The notes beneath the pieces were generated by a model. The model made no database searches. It was not told the origin of the DNA and saw nothing but the letters and a program-made list of their open reading frames with translations. Positions 28,491 to 37,410 of a stretch of DNA of 64,000 bases are shown here, piece by piece; within the stretch, counting starts at the first letter, position 1, and the number at the start of each line of letters is the position of its first letter. The translations under genes and the position numbers were made by a program. The stretch covers positions 101,852 through 165,851 of the forward strand of contig CAZVKJ010000002.1 in NCBI GenBank assembly GCA_964626855.1, written 5' to 3'. This DNA is from an uncultured Bacteroidales bacterium. Lineage in GTDB: Bacteria; Bacteroidota; Bacteroidia; Bacteroidales; CAIWKO01.

Positions 28491-29705
28491 TTAATTCAAT
28501 ATTTCCTGGATTTTATCAAAAACATACTGAGGTAGTATCTCTTTCATACACACATTGTTTTTGCATGGGGAGAATCTGTGGTTAAAAACATTCACACAGG
28601 GACTGCAGGCTAAATTTGTATAAACAATGTGCGTGTTGTCGCTGACAGGTCCGAAAAGAACGGGTGTTTCAGGTCCGAACAATACAATGTTGTGAATATT
28701 TGTTAATGAGGCAAAATGGCCAGGCCCGCTGTCGTTGGTAACCAGAATGTCGGACATTGTATATAAAACCAATAGCTCTCTTAATTTTAATTTTCCTGCA
28801 AGATTAACGACAATAGGGGATTGGGATTTTGCACTGATGTTCTCGGTTGATACAAAATCCGTCTTCATGCCGGTCAGAACAATTATGATATCATTATATT
28901 TCTGCGTTAAAAATTCAATAAGTTGAATGAAATATTCCTGTGGCCATTTTCGGTAGGGTATAATATCGCTGGCATTCGGATTAAGAATTATTATTTTGTT
29001 GAATTTGACCGTGCTTGCCTCAGTAATCAGGTTATAAACATACTTTCTTTCCTCTTCTGTCGAGATAAAGGCCGGTTTTTTTATTTGAATTTCTGAAGTG
29101 TTAACTTTCGGCAACGGAATTACAGACTTGTCTAACTTTGCAGTTTCAACCAGCAATTCATATCCTATGGTCAGGTGGAGGTAGGGATTATACTGAACCC
29201 TGTGTGTAAATAAGTTGCCACGATACGAAAATTCGCTGTTAAAGCGATGGTTCCCGATTCTTTTTTTTGCACCACATAAGTAGCCAATAATTGCCGAAGA
29301 CCGGGAGAAAAACTCCATATCAATGACCGTATCAATTTTTAATTTTCTGATTTTAAAAAGTGTTTTTAAAAGATCACTGCCGGTTTGAAATAAGCCCTTA
29401 TTGCGAATTACAAGAATGTTTTCTTCAGGAAGAATATTTAAAATATCAAGGATTGGCCTGTTTTCTTCAAGAACTAAAAAAAATACATTTTTCAGGCCGT
29501 ATTCCTCAATGGCATTTTTGATGGCGCTATATGCAATTACGGTTGCCCCCTGTTCAATAAGTTTTATAAATAATACTTTTTCGGAAGGAACCTGTTTTTT
29601 CTTATTACCGGAAAATATTTCCAGTAATGATTTGTACAAGGTTAAAATGTAACATACCGGTATTCCTAGGTATTTGTCAAATCTTCTGATCGTATTGATT
29701 TTCAT
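28491..29705 (-). CDS. family 9 glycosyltransferase (heptosyltransferase-like), second copy in the window
   Basis: VLFIKLIEQGATV at the N-terminus and LVTNDSGPGHFASL...VLFGP near the C-terminus. It lies 27 nt upstream of the OYE gene on the same strand. Confidence 0.7.
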   Translation of the reverse strand: MKINTIRRFDKYLGIPVCYILTLYKSLLEIFSGNKKKQVPSEKVLFIKLIEQGATVIAYSAIKNAIEEYGLKNVFFLVLEENRPILDILNILPEENILVIRNKGLFQTGSDLLKTLFKIRKLKIDTVIDMEFFSRSSAIIGYLCGAKKRIGNHRFNSEFSYRGNLFTHRVQYNPYLHLTIGYELLVETAKLDKSVIPLPKVNTSEIQIKKPAFISTEEERKYVYNLITEASTVKFNKIIILNPNASDIIPYRKWPQEYFIQLIEFLTQKYNDIIIVLTGMKTDFVSTENISAKSQSPIVVNLAGKLKLRELLVLYTMSDILVTNDSGPGHFASLTNIHNIVLFGPETPVLFGPVSDNTHIVYTNLACSPCVNVFNHRFSPCKNNVCMKEILPQYVFDKIQEILN

Positions 29706-29741
29706 ATCCCTTTGGTAGTATGATTAGTTAAAAGACAGTTC

Positions 29742-29749
29742 CAAAGATA
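29742..29749 (-). promoter_or_regulatory. candidate -7 promoter box for the GT9-OYE pair
   Basis: The coding strand reads TATCTTTG, 37-44 nt upstream of the ATG at 29705. Confidence 0.4.
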
Positions 29750-29796
29750 CGAGTTTTGCTTTTGAAATAATTAATTTATTTGCAATGAAAACAAGA

Positions 29797-29821
29797 AAGG
29801 CTGCCATGAACCGGCAGCCTT
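29797..29821 (-). terminator. rho-independent terminator after the 1204-aa T9SS gene
   Basis: Stem aaggctgcc/ggcagcctt with a 7-nt loop. On the minus strand it is followed by a T-rich tract. Confidence 0.6.
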
Positions 29822-29847
29822 CCGCATTTTATTCAGTCATAAAGATT

Positions 29848-32800
29848 TTAATGCGCCAGTTTCAGAACCATGCATTTTGATTTGTCGGGACCTAAATAAT
29901 CAAAGCGCAATGTGTATATTCCTGCCGGTAAATTCTTCGACCGGAATATGACTGTGTGTTTTCCCGATGTTTGCGGTTCATTTAACAGTTCACTAACCCG
30001 TTCGCCGATTGCATTATATATATTAATTTTTACATCACCATTTTCAGGAAGATCATAACATAATGTTGTCTGATCATTAAATGGATTGGGATAAGCTGTA
30101 AACTCAAAACCGGCATCATTTTGATTGCCCTGAAACAAAACTTTTGGCATAATCAGATAAGCATCATCACTTTCTTCTCCATACATATTGCCAATTACGC
30201 CAGGACCTTCCAACGAGAAATCTGATAAATTCCTGCCGGACCCTGGTTTTGCCTGGAATCCGAAACGGATCAATTCCTCATTAGCTGTTACATCGAAATG
30301 TTTTGTTGTTGCAAAAACAACACGGATAATACCATCCTCATCAGTTACCAAAAGATCATTGTTATCAGCCAGTATTTCATTAAATGAAGGATTTATCTTT
30401 AAAGGAGCGTTCTGGTTTTCGATGCCGGGCATAGATACTCCTACCAACCTGAAATCTTTATCGGGATATTTCAGCTCAAGCCCCAGGGCCGAAAAATCTT
30501 TTACTTTGGTACTGATAAGCAGAGGTACTTCAAAATATGAAGGATCGCTTATTGTTGTGTAATCCTCAGAATTTACAACAATATTTTCCGGTAATGATTT
30601 CGCCAGGCTCCATGTAGTTGTCGAATCTCTGTACTTGGTACTTGCAGCATTGTAATCACCATAACAAATTGTTTTAAGTGTAATGTTCAGGTTTGAATTG
30701 GAAACGGTAACCACGGTATCAAAAGCGACCCAGTTGCCTCTTGGAAAATTTTTGGCAGGATCATATGGAGAACCTACCTTTGCCTTAATTCGTGCAACAT
30801 CTATAGCATTAATTGTGGAATTGTTGTCAACATTGGCCGCCTTTTTATATTTGGATGAAAAGCATCTTGATGGGTCAACCGTGGTGTCGCTGCCAATATA
30901 ATATTTTATCAGGGCCACATCAATTGCATTAACGTCGCTGCCGGTCTGCATTGTGTCGGGAGTGTACTTATCATATGACAATTTATAAGTTCCGTTTGAA
31001 ATATTTGAAAAAAGATAAGCTCCTGCAGCGTCGCTTGTATCCCTGGCTATTTCTGTACCCGATGGATAATTTTTTAGTATCACAATTACATGGTCGATGT
31101 CGTAAATAACAGAATTATATGTGGGAGGATTGGGGACAGGACTCCCCACATTTGCCTTGCCGGTATAACGTGTTTTTCCATTGATGACATAGCCGCTGCC
31201 GCAATTATTAACAGTAACAATTCTTGTTATTGTTGGTGATGGGGCGCTACAGCCATACGCATAAACCTGGATTGTTACCGTGCCGGAAAACCCAATCGTC
31301 CAAGTCATGACTCCAGTGGCTGAATCTATTATCCCTGCAGCAGAATTATTTATTGACCAATGAAACCCCATATTATTTGTCGCTGTAGTTGAGTATGTTG
31401 TTGTGGTATTGTTTGTCGGAGAGCAGACAGGTTCTGTTCCCGAGGATATGTTGATAGGCGAAGGAGGGGAGACTTCAGGTATTACGGTTACGTTAAACAC
31501 GGAAGTGGAAGCCGTACCGCAGGTGTTTGTTACAACACAATAAAATCCATTACTGGCAATCATAACCCCGGGGTTGTAAGTGCTGTTGGTAGCGCCATTG
31601 ACTAATCCCGATGAGGTTTTGTACCATTGGTAGGTATAGGCACCTGTTCCTCCAACCCCAACCGCGGTTAGTATTCCGGGGTTGGTTTTGTCACAGATGG
31701 GAGACGTCCCCCCGGTGATATTGGCTGATAAAACTGCAGAAACGGTTATGTTAACGACACTGCTGTTTGATGAAGTACAGGCATCGGACACGGCACAATA
31801 ATACCCTGAGCTTGATACAATATTTCCCGGGTTGTAAGTGCTGTTGGTTGCATTTGAAATTAATGTCGATGGTGTTTTATACCACTGATAGGTGTATGTG
31901 CCTGTTCCGCCCGATCCGGCAGCCTGAAGTGTTCCCGGATTTGTATTATAACAAATTGGCGAATTTCCGCCATTGATGGTAGCAATAACCGGAGTGGTTG
32001 TTGTTGCTGAATGCACTGACGTGGCAGGAGCATTACATCCCGTTGCCGTTGCTGTAATGGTAGATGTTCCGCTCCATCCGGGACTGTATGTTACAGCGCC
32101 CGTCGCAGGATCAATGGTGTTGCCGCCTGCAAGGCTTGTCGGATCCAGACTATAGGTAATATTGCTGCTGTTTGCGGCTGTGGCGGAATATGTCACGCTG
32201 CCGATGCCCTGGCATCGTGATGATGTTGGCCCCATAGAAAAAACAGGAATTCCAGCGGAAGGCGAAACGGTTAAACTGCAATTGGTTGTGGCTGTAATCC
32301 CGTTACCGTCCGTAATGGTAACAGTATATGTTGTGGTACCATTGGTTCCTGTAGGCGGATTTGCTGTAGGGTTAGTGCCCAGGCCACTTGACCATGAGTA
32401 TACCACTGAAGGATCAGCATTTGCCGGCACTGCAGTCAAAGTTACAGCATCTCCCTGGCAAACAGTAACATTTCCGCCGGTAATACTTACTGTAGGATCA
32501 GGCCCTGAAATGCCCGTAAACGCTGATATTACTCCGGCTGTAAGTGTTGCCCCTGCCGCAGTTAATGTGTTTGATCCTAAAAATGTATATTTTATCCAGG
32601 GATTGGTCATTTGATTAAAAATACCATTTAACTGGGCGCTTTTTATACTCGTTTCAGTTCCGTAAATATCAGCATTTACATAATTACCGGTAATTGTAGC
32701 AATGCAGGATGTAATGCCCGATTGAGTAACACTCCAGTAACGCCTGAGATAATTAATTGAGCTGTAATTGTCGGGATGTTTGATGTCATTTACTTTTATT

Positions 32801-33462
32801 CCAACATAGGCATTGCTAAATCCCGAACCAGAAGTAACATTTACCGTAATGGGTGAATACTCTGACGTTCCGGAGTTGTCGCCGACAGGAAATAAATACG
32901 AGCCTGTACCGGAAAAGTTTTTTCTCAATTCACCACCCTGGTTGGCAATAACCATTTTGCCGGCAGAAAAAGGGCTTCCGGCAACGGATGTGGCTGAGGT
33001 TGCCAATGTTAATATGCGTGTCGAAACATTGAAATTTCCCGTTGTAAGGGTTAATGTATTGTTGACATTAGCATCTATATTGCTTAGGGCAACACCATTG
33101 CTGGAATTATTTACTGTAAGGTTATAGAATGTTGTTAATGCGGTTCCGCTTATTGTTTGTAAAGAAGAACCATTAAATTCAACACTGCCCGTACCTGAAG
33201 AGAACACGGCATTATTTATCCAGTTGCCGGCCAGATAATAAGCACCGTTGCCACCGGCTGTGGCATTATTGGTAAAATTTCCGGTTATGGTCATCGTCCC
33301 GGAATTGTCCAAATTACCGGAAGATGCATTATCTGCATTTCCGTTTACTTTAACTATTCCTCCCGTTTTAATCGCGACAACAGCCCCGTTGTTGTAAAAT
33401 GTCTGGGATTGGACTGTTGTCACGGTAATTAAGAGAAATGCTAATAACAAATATTTTTTCAT
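29848..33462 (-). CDS. 1204-aa secreted adhesin-like protein with T9SS C-terminal sorting domain
   Basis: Signal peptide MKKYLLLAFLLITVTTVQSQ. Two Ig-like units carry GTGTYTYQWYKT / GTGAYTYQWYKT. Then a CarboxypepD_reg-like segment, dockerin-like loops (DVNAIDVALIKYY, VDNNSTINAIDVARIKAKV) and a cohesin-like segment (YFEVPLLISTKVKDFSALGLELKYPDKDFRLVGV). The T9SS tail reads FTAYPNPFNDQTTL...INIYNAIGERV...LPAGIYTLRF. Confidence 0.85.
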   Translation of the reverse strand: MKKYLLLAFLLITVTTVQSQTFYNNGAVVAIKTGGIVKVNGNADNASSGNLDNSGTMTITGNFTNNATAGGNGAYYLAGNWINNAVFSSGTGSVEFNGSSLQTISGTALTTFYNLTVNNSSNGVALSNIDANVNNTLTLTTGNFNVSTRILTLATSATSVAGSPFSAGKMVIANQGGELRKNFSGTGSYLFPVGDNSGTSEYSPITVNVTSGSGFSNAYVGIKVNDIKHPDNYSSINYLRRYWSVTQSGITSCIATITGNYVNADIYGTETSIKSAQLNGIFNQMTNPWIKYTFLGSNTLTAAGATLTAGVISAFTGISGPDPTVSITGGNVTVCQGDAVTLTAVPANADPSVVYSWSSGLGTNPTANPPTGTNGTTTYTVTITDGNGITATTNCSLTVSPSAGIPVFSMGPTSSRCQGIGSVTYSATAANSSNITYSLDPTSLAGGNTIDPATGAVTYSPGWSGTSTITATATGCNAPATSVHSATTTTPVIATINGGNSPICYNTNPGTLQAAGSGGTGTYTYQWYKTPSTLISNATNSTYNPGNIVSSSGYYCAVSDACTSSNSSVVNITVSAVLSANITGGTSPICDKTNPGILTAVGVGGTGAYTYQWYKTSSGLVNGATNSTYNPGVMIASNGFYCVVTNTCGTASTSVFNVTVIPEVSPPSPINISSGTEPVCSPTNNTTTTYSTTATNNMGFHWSINNSAAGIIDSATGVMTWTIGFSGTVTIQVYAYGCSAPSPTITRIVTVNNCGSGYVINGKTRYTGKANVGSPVPNPPTYNSVIYDIDHVIVILKNYPSGTEIARDTSDAAGAYLFSNISNGTYKLSYDKYTPDTMQTGSDVNAIDVALIKYYIGSDTTVDPSRCFSSKYKKAANVDNNSTINAIDVARIKAKVGSPYDPAKNFPRGNWVAFDTVVTVSNSNLNITLKTICYGDYNAASTKYRDSTTTWSLAKSLPENIVVNSEDYTTISDPSYFEVPLLISTKVKDFSALGLELKYPDKDFRLVGVSMPGIENQNAPLKINPSFNEILADNNDLLVTDEDGIIRVVFATTKHFDVTANEELIRFGFQAKPGSGRNLSDFSLEGPGVIGNMYGEESDDAYLIMPKVLFQGNQNDAGFEFTAYPNPFNDQTTLCYDLPENGDVKINIYNAIGERVSELLNEPQTSGKHTVIFRSKNLPAGIYTLRFDYLGPDKSKCMVLKLAH

Positions 33463-33473
33463 GCTGATAGCAA

Positions 33474-34943
33474 TTATTTGTTAATAGAATTCATTTCGGA
33501 TTGATTGAATTTTGATTTTGGAACAAGCAGTTTCCCCTTGCCTGTTTTAGGACATCCGTTATATATGCCCTTAGATTCGGGTTGTCCCCAGATTTCGGGA
33601 ATAATATATGTATCTGGTTTTTTCTTTGCGACTACTACCTTTTTAGCTTCTGGATATTTTTGCATATACATATCATTACGTTCGGCATATACTGTCCATG
33701 ACACTTTAGAGTTGGGGACTCCTCCTGCAATTACAAAACTTCCATCCTTGATTTCCTGTTTGATATACAATCCGGGGGCGGGGGCGCCTACCGGGGTTAA
33801 CTGATAAGAGAAGTTGATGTTGATCGCAGTAAAATAATCGGGAAGACTGATAAGTGCTTCGCCGTTATTATCAAGTTGGGTGTTTCCCCTGTATAAGTTT
33901 AACACTTCAGGAGATTCAATGGAAAAGTGTTTTAATATTTTATTTCCCGGATCAAGCGGATGATCAATCACAAATGCTTTAGTGCCAGATGCGCCAAAAT
34001 TCCCATTACTATATAATCCATATCCATAAGTGTAATCATTAGTTTCTCCCAAAACGCCGATAAATCCAACACCCCAGATACCAACATTGTTGTCAACAAG
34101 GCTGGCGCTTACATTTTGTCCATAAACGCCTGCGGCAGGGCCATCATCTGTTTCACCCCATACACCCACATAACCCTGGCCAATAGTTCCAACCGCATTA
34201 CCAAGAGAAGCTGTTCCGTGATTCAATCCGAACACACCAAACCCGGTCTCATAATTGGTTTCACCTACCGTGCCGTTAAATCCTTTACCCAAAACACCAT
34301 GTCCTCCTGTTGTACGCAGGTTGTTGCCAAAAATTCCGGCTTCGCCGGTTGCCGTTGATAAAATTTGTCCGCTCACGCCAAAAGCTTTACCACTTGAAGT
34401 TCCAAGAACGGCGGTGGTAGGGATTGGGGATCCGCCCACTGTACCATAGTTTGATGCAGTAGTTGCCTGCATGGCAGCATATTGCACACTGGTGGAAGTA
34501 TTGTCAGCCACAATGGAAGAACCATTACCGCTGTGTGACGATTTCAGGCCGATGGATAATGCATTGGCATCAGTAATGTTGACCGAACTTGTTCCGGTAA
34601 TTACTATATTTCTACCCAGGCCCGGGCCGCCGCAATCGTAAGCTTGCTGTAACGTACTACAGCCACCGCCACCACCCGTAATGGCGACCCATTGTGTCCC
34701 GTTAAAATACCAGAATTGTTGTAAAGAAGTGTCATACACAAGCAATCCGGTTGCGGGAGACGTGATCGCGGTTCTTTGAGCCGTAGTCATCCTGGGCACC
34801 AATATCCCTTTACTTGTTGATGTTAAATCAAGAAGTGATGAGTTGTCCGGAGTGTTTGTACCAATACCGACATTTTGTTGTGCAAAAATTTGTTGGTAAA
34901 AAACTACAATAAATGTAATAAAAATAAGAATAGCCTTTTTCAT
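33474..34943 (-). CDS. secreted Gly-rich repeat protein, fibre-like (489 aa), no T9SS tail
   Basis: Signal peptide, then the N-terminal motif NVGIGT...GILVPRMTTAQRTAITSPATGLLVYDT...QFWYFNGTQW. The core has recurring G[VI][FWY]G units. The C-terminal domain reads KAFVIDHPLDPGNKILKHFSIESPEVLNLYRG. It ends 11 nt upstream of the next gene. Confidence 0.75.
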   Translation of the reverse strand: MKKAILIFITFIVVFYQQIFAQQNVGIGTNTPDNSSLLDLTSTSKGILVPRMTTAQRTAITSPATGLLVYDTSLQQFWYFNGTQWVAITGGGGGCSTLQQAYDCGGPGLGRNIVITGTSSVNITDANALSIGLKSSHSGNGSSIVADNTSTSVQYAAMQATTASNYGTVGGSPIPTTAVLGTSSGKAFGVSGQILSTATGEAGIFGNNLRTTGGHGVLGKGFNGTVGETNYETGFGVFGLNHGTASLGNAVGTIGQGYVGVWGETDDGPAAGVYGQNVSASLVDNNVGIWGVGFIGVLGETNDYTYGYGLYSNGNFGASGTKAFVIDHPLDPGNKILKHFSIESPEVLNLYRGNTQLDNNGEALISLPDYFTAININFSYQLTPVGAPAPGLYIKQEIKDGSFVIAGGVPNSKVSWTVYAERNDMYMQKYPEAKKVVVAKKKPDTYIIPEIWGQPESKGIYNGCPKTGKGKLLVPKSKFNQSEMNSINK

Positions 34944-35247
34944 TTTTGAAAATTGTTTAATTGTTTCTGATTTATTTTTTTACGAAAATACGTTTATTTT
35001 TTTGAAAAGTAAAGAGGTAGTCAATAATTAATGGGTGAAAATTGACAGATTATCGGTGTTTTTCGCTCATTTAAATAAAAATTTCCTATTTGTAACTAAT
35101 TAATTATTAACTACATATATCTGAAAAACGATATTTTATTTTTAAATATTTTTTTTTGTCTTTTTTTTAGTATATTCGTACCGAAATAGTTGAACTGATG
35201 GTCAAAAAGTCAGGAAAAACAATTTTGTCTATAAAACCCCCTAAATT

Positions 35248-37389
35248 ATGAGAAAAAATATTATTGCCATTCGTGCCATTCTTGGCGGTTTTTCACTTTT
35301 GCAAAAAAAAGTATTGATTTTTTTATTTAAGAGTCTTGCGGTTTCCTTTATTCTTATTTGCCTTTTTGGCGCAAAGGGAAGTTATGCGGATACGCATACA
35401 TGGATTGGAACTGCTGCCTCAAGTGCATGGACAACAACAACGAACTGGTCTCCTACAGGTACGCCTGCTGCTGGAGATGCTGTAATTATTGGAGGGACAG
35501 CAACAACGATAATTACAGCGGTTCCTAGTATTTCACTTGTTTCAATGACCGTAAATTCAGGTGGAGGTGGAAGTGTTACCCTTCAGTCTTCATCTGCTGT
35601 AACGATAACCTTATCAGGGACAGGAAGCGGGGTACTTGTGATTAATAATAATTTAACGCTTGGACCCTATGTGAGTATTTCCAAAAGTAGCACATTAAGT
35701 GCAACTGGCTCTGTTGCCTCTGGTAAAACATTTACAGTTGGTAATGGTACAAATGCCAGCACTTTTTCATGGATTTCGGGAGGCAATTTCACGGTCAGCG
35801 GCTCTATGATTTGTTCAAATGCTTCAACAATAAATTTTACATATGCAGGGTCTCAGGTTATACCAAGCAATATTACTGTAAATTCAGGCGGCACTTTAGT
35901 ATTAGGTGGCAGCGGCATTAAATCCTGGAATAGCGGAATCAGTGTTACAATAAATGGAACATTACAATGGGCGGGGACAGCAACAACGGCATCAAGTGGC
36001 GTTGCACCTGGTTTTAATTCCGGTAGCACATTGTCTTTTGCAGGAACTTCCGCAATGACATTATCCTCTTATTATATATCTCTTTCAGAATCTACAACAA
36101 ATTTGGTGCTTAATGATGCAGCGGGATTGACGTTAGATGCCGACAGAACGTTTGTTAATTATACAGCAACATCTGGTAAACTATCCATAGGCGCAACAAC
36201 CCTTACACTTACGGGAACTATAAGTTCAATGTCAGCAACCAATTCTTTTACAGGATCGGCAAGTTCGAATTTAGTGATTAACGGAACCGGTGCTGCCGGT
36301 ACAATTTATTTTAACCAGACTACCCTGGGCACCACCAATCAGCTTAATAGTTTAACAATAAACAGAACTTCAAGCGGAACAGTAACGTTAGGTAACCCTT
36401 TAGTTATGGGGACTGGTGGTACACTTACCATGACTGCTGGCGAGCTCATATTGCCGTCATCGGCTGCCGAAGTCCTTACAATAAATGGGGCTGTAGCATA
36501 CACTGCGGGAACAATCCGTGGTAATACATCTGCCTATATGACCGTAGGCGGGACCGGCGATGCAGGAGGTGCCATATATTTTTCTGCATCGTATCAAAAT
36601 TTATCCAAACTTACCATCAACCGCTCATCTGGCGGTATTTTCAGGCTGGGAAGCGCACTTACCCTTAATTACTCTGGTACAAATGCCCTGACTTTGACAG
36701 ATGGAGTAATCAATTGTGGTAGTAATGTTCTTACCATAAACAGCGGAACCCTTCCCCGCATCAGCGGCGGCTCCGCATCATCATATGTTGCCGGACCTCT
36801 TGCTATTCAGGTTCCGGCCAATACCAGTGCAAAATCCATTACCTGGCCTGTCGGAAAAGGCGCATATCAGGCTTTTGCAACCCCGGTAACGACAACAAGT
36901 TCTGCCAGTCTGGCAATAATAAAAGTGGAGGCCTTCGATGCTAATTGCGGTGGAACTTTTAATGGATCGATGAGCGGAATAAATACTGATAATTACTGGA
37001 GCGCTTCAGTGACGGCTAATGCAACAAGCATAACCTCTTTTGACGTCCTTAGTTTAACAGATGATGATCCAACATTGACCTCCGGCAATGTTATTGGTTA
37101 TTGTGCCACAGCGGCCAGCGGAACGTATACCTCTTTAGGTGGAAGTGTTTCTGTGCCAACTGTTACTTCAACGATGGTTGCCCCTAATGCACTTGGCTAT
37201 TTTGTTATCGGAACAGCAAACAGCGATCCTCTTTGCGGTACATATAAAATAGGCCCCACAGGTGATTTTGCAACGGTTTCTGATGCTGTAGCCTCATTAA
37301 ATGCCCGCCCGGTAACCTGCGATGTTATTTTTGAATTGCAAAGTACATATACCGGATCGGGAGAAACATTTCCGATAAATATTTATTAG
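35248..37389 (+). CDS. N-terminal 713 codons (with signal peptide) of a giant surface protein, ending at an in-frame TAG
   Basis: A signal/anchor region is followed by a Thr/Ser/Gly-rich beta-type repeat region. It is in the same reading frame as 37411..48948, and only the TAG at 37387-37389 separates them. Confidence 0.8.
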   Translation: MRKNIIAIRAILGGFSLLQKKVLIFLFKSLAVSFILICLFGAKGSYADTHTWIGTAASSAWTTTTNWSPTGTPAAGDAVIIGGTATTIITAVPSISLVSMTVNSGGGGSVTLQSSSAVTITLSGTGSGVLVINNNLTLGPYVSISKSSTLSATGSVASGKTFTVGNGTNASTFSWISGGNFTVSGSMICSNASTINFTYAGSQVIPSNITVNSGGTLVLGGSGIKSWNSGISVTINGTLQWAGTATTASSGVAPGFNSGSTLSFAGTSAMTLSSYYISLSESTTNLVLNDAAGLTLDADRTFVNYTATSGKLSIGATTLTLTGTISSMSATNSFTGSASSNLVINGTGAAGTIYFNQTTLGTTNQLNSLTINRTSSGTVTLGNPLVMGTGGTLTMTAGELILPSSAAEVLTINGAVAYTAGTIRGNTSAYMTVGGTGDAGGAIYFSASYQNLSKLTINRSSGGIFRLGSALTLNYSGTNALTLTDGVINCGSNVLTINSGTLPRISGGSASSYVAGPLAIQVPANTSAKSITWPVGKGAYQAFATPVTTTSSASLAIIKVEAFDANCGGTFNGSMSGINTDNYWSASVTANATSITSFDVLSLTDDDPTLTSGNVIGYCATAASGTYTSLGGSVSVPTVTSTMVAPNALGYFVIGTANSDPLCGTYKIGPTGDFATVSDAVASLNARPVTCDVIFELQSTYTGSGETFPINIY

Positions 37390-37410
37390 TATTCCTCAGA
37401 TGTTTACAAA

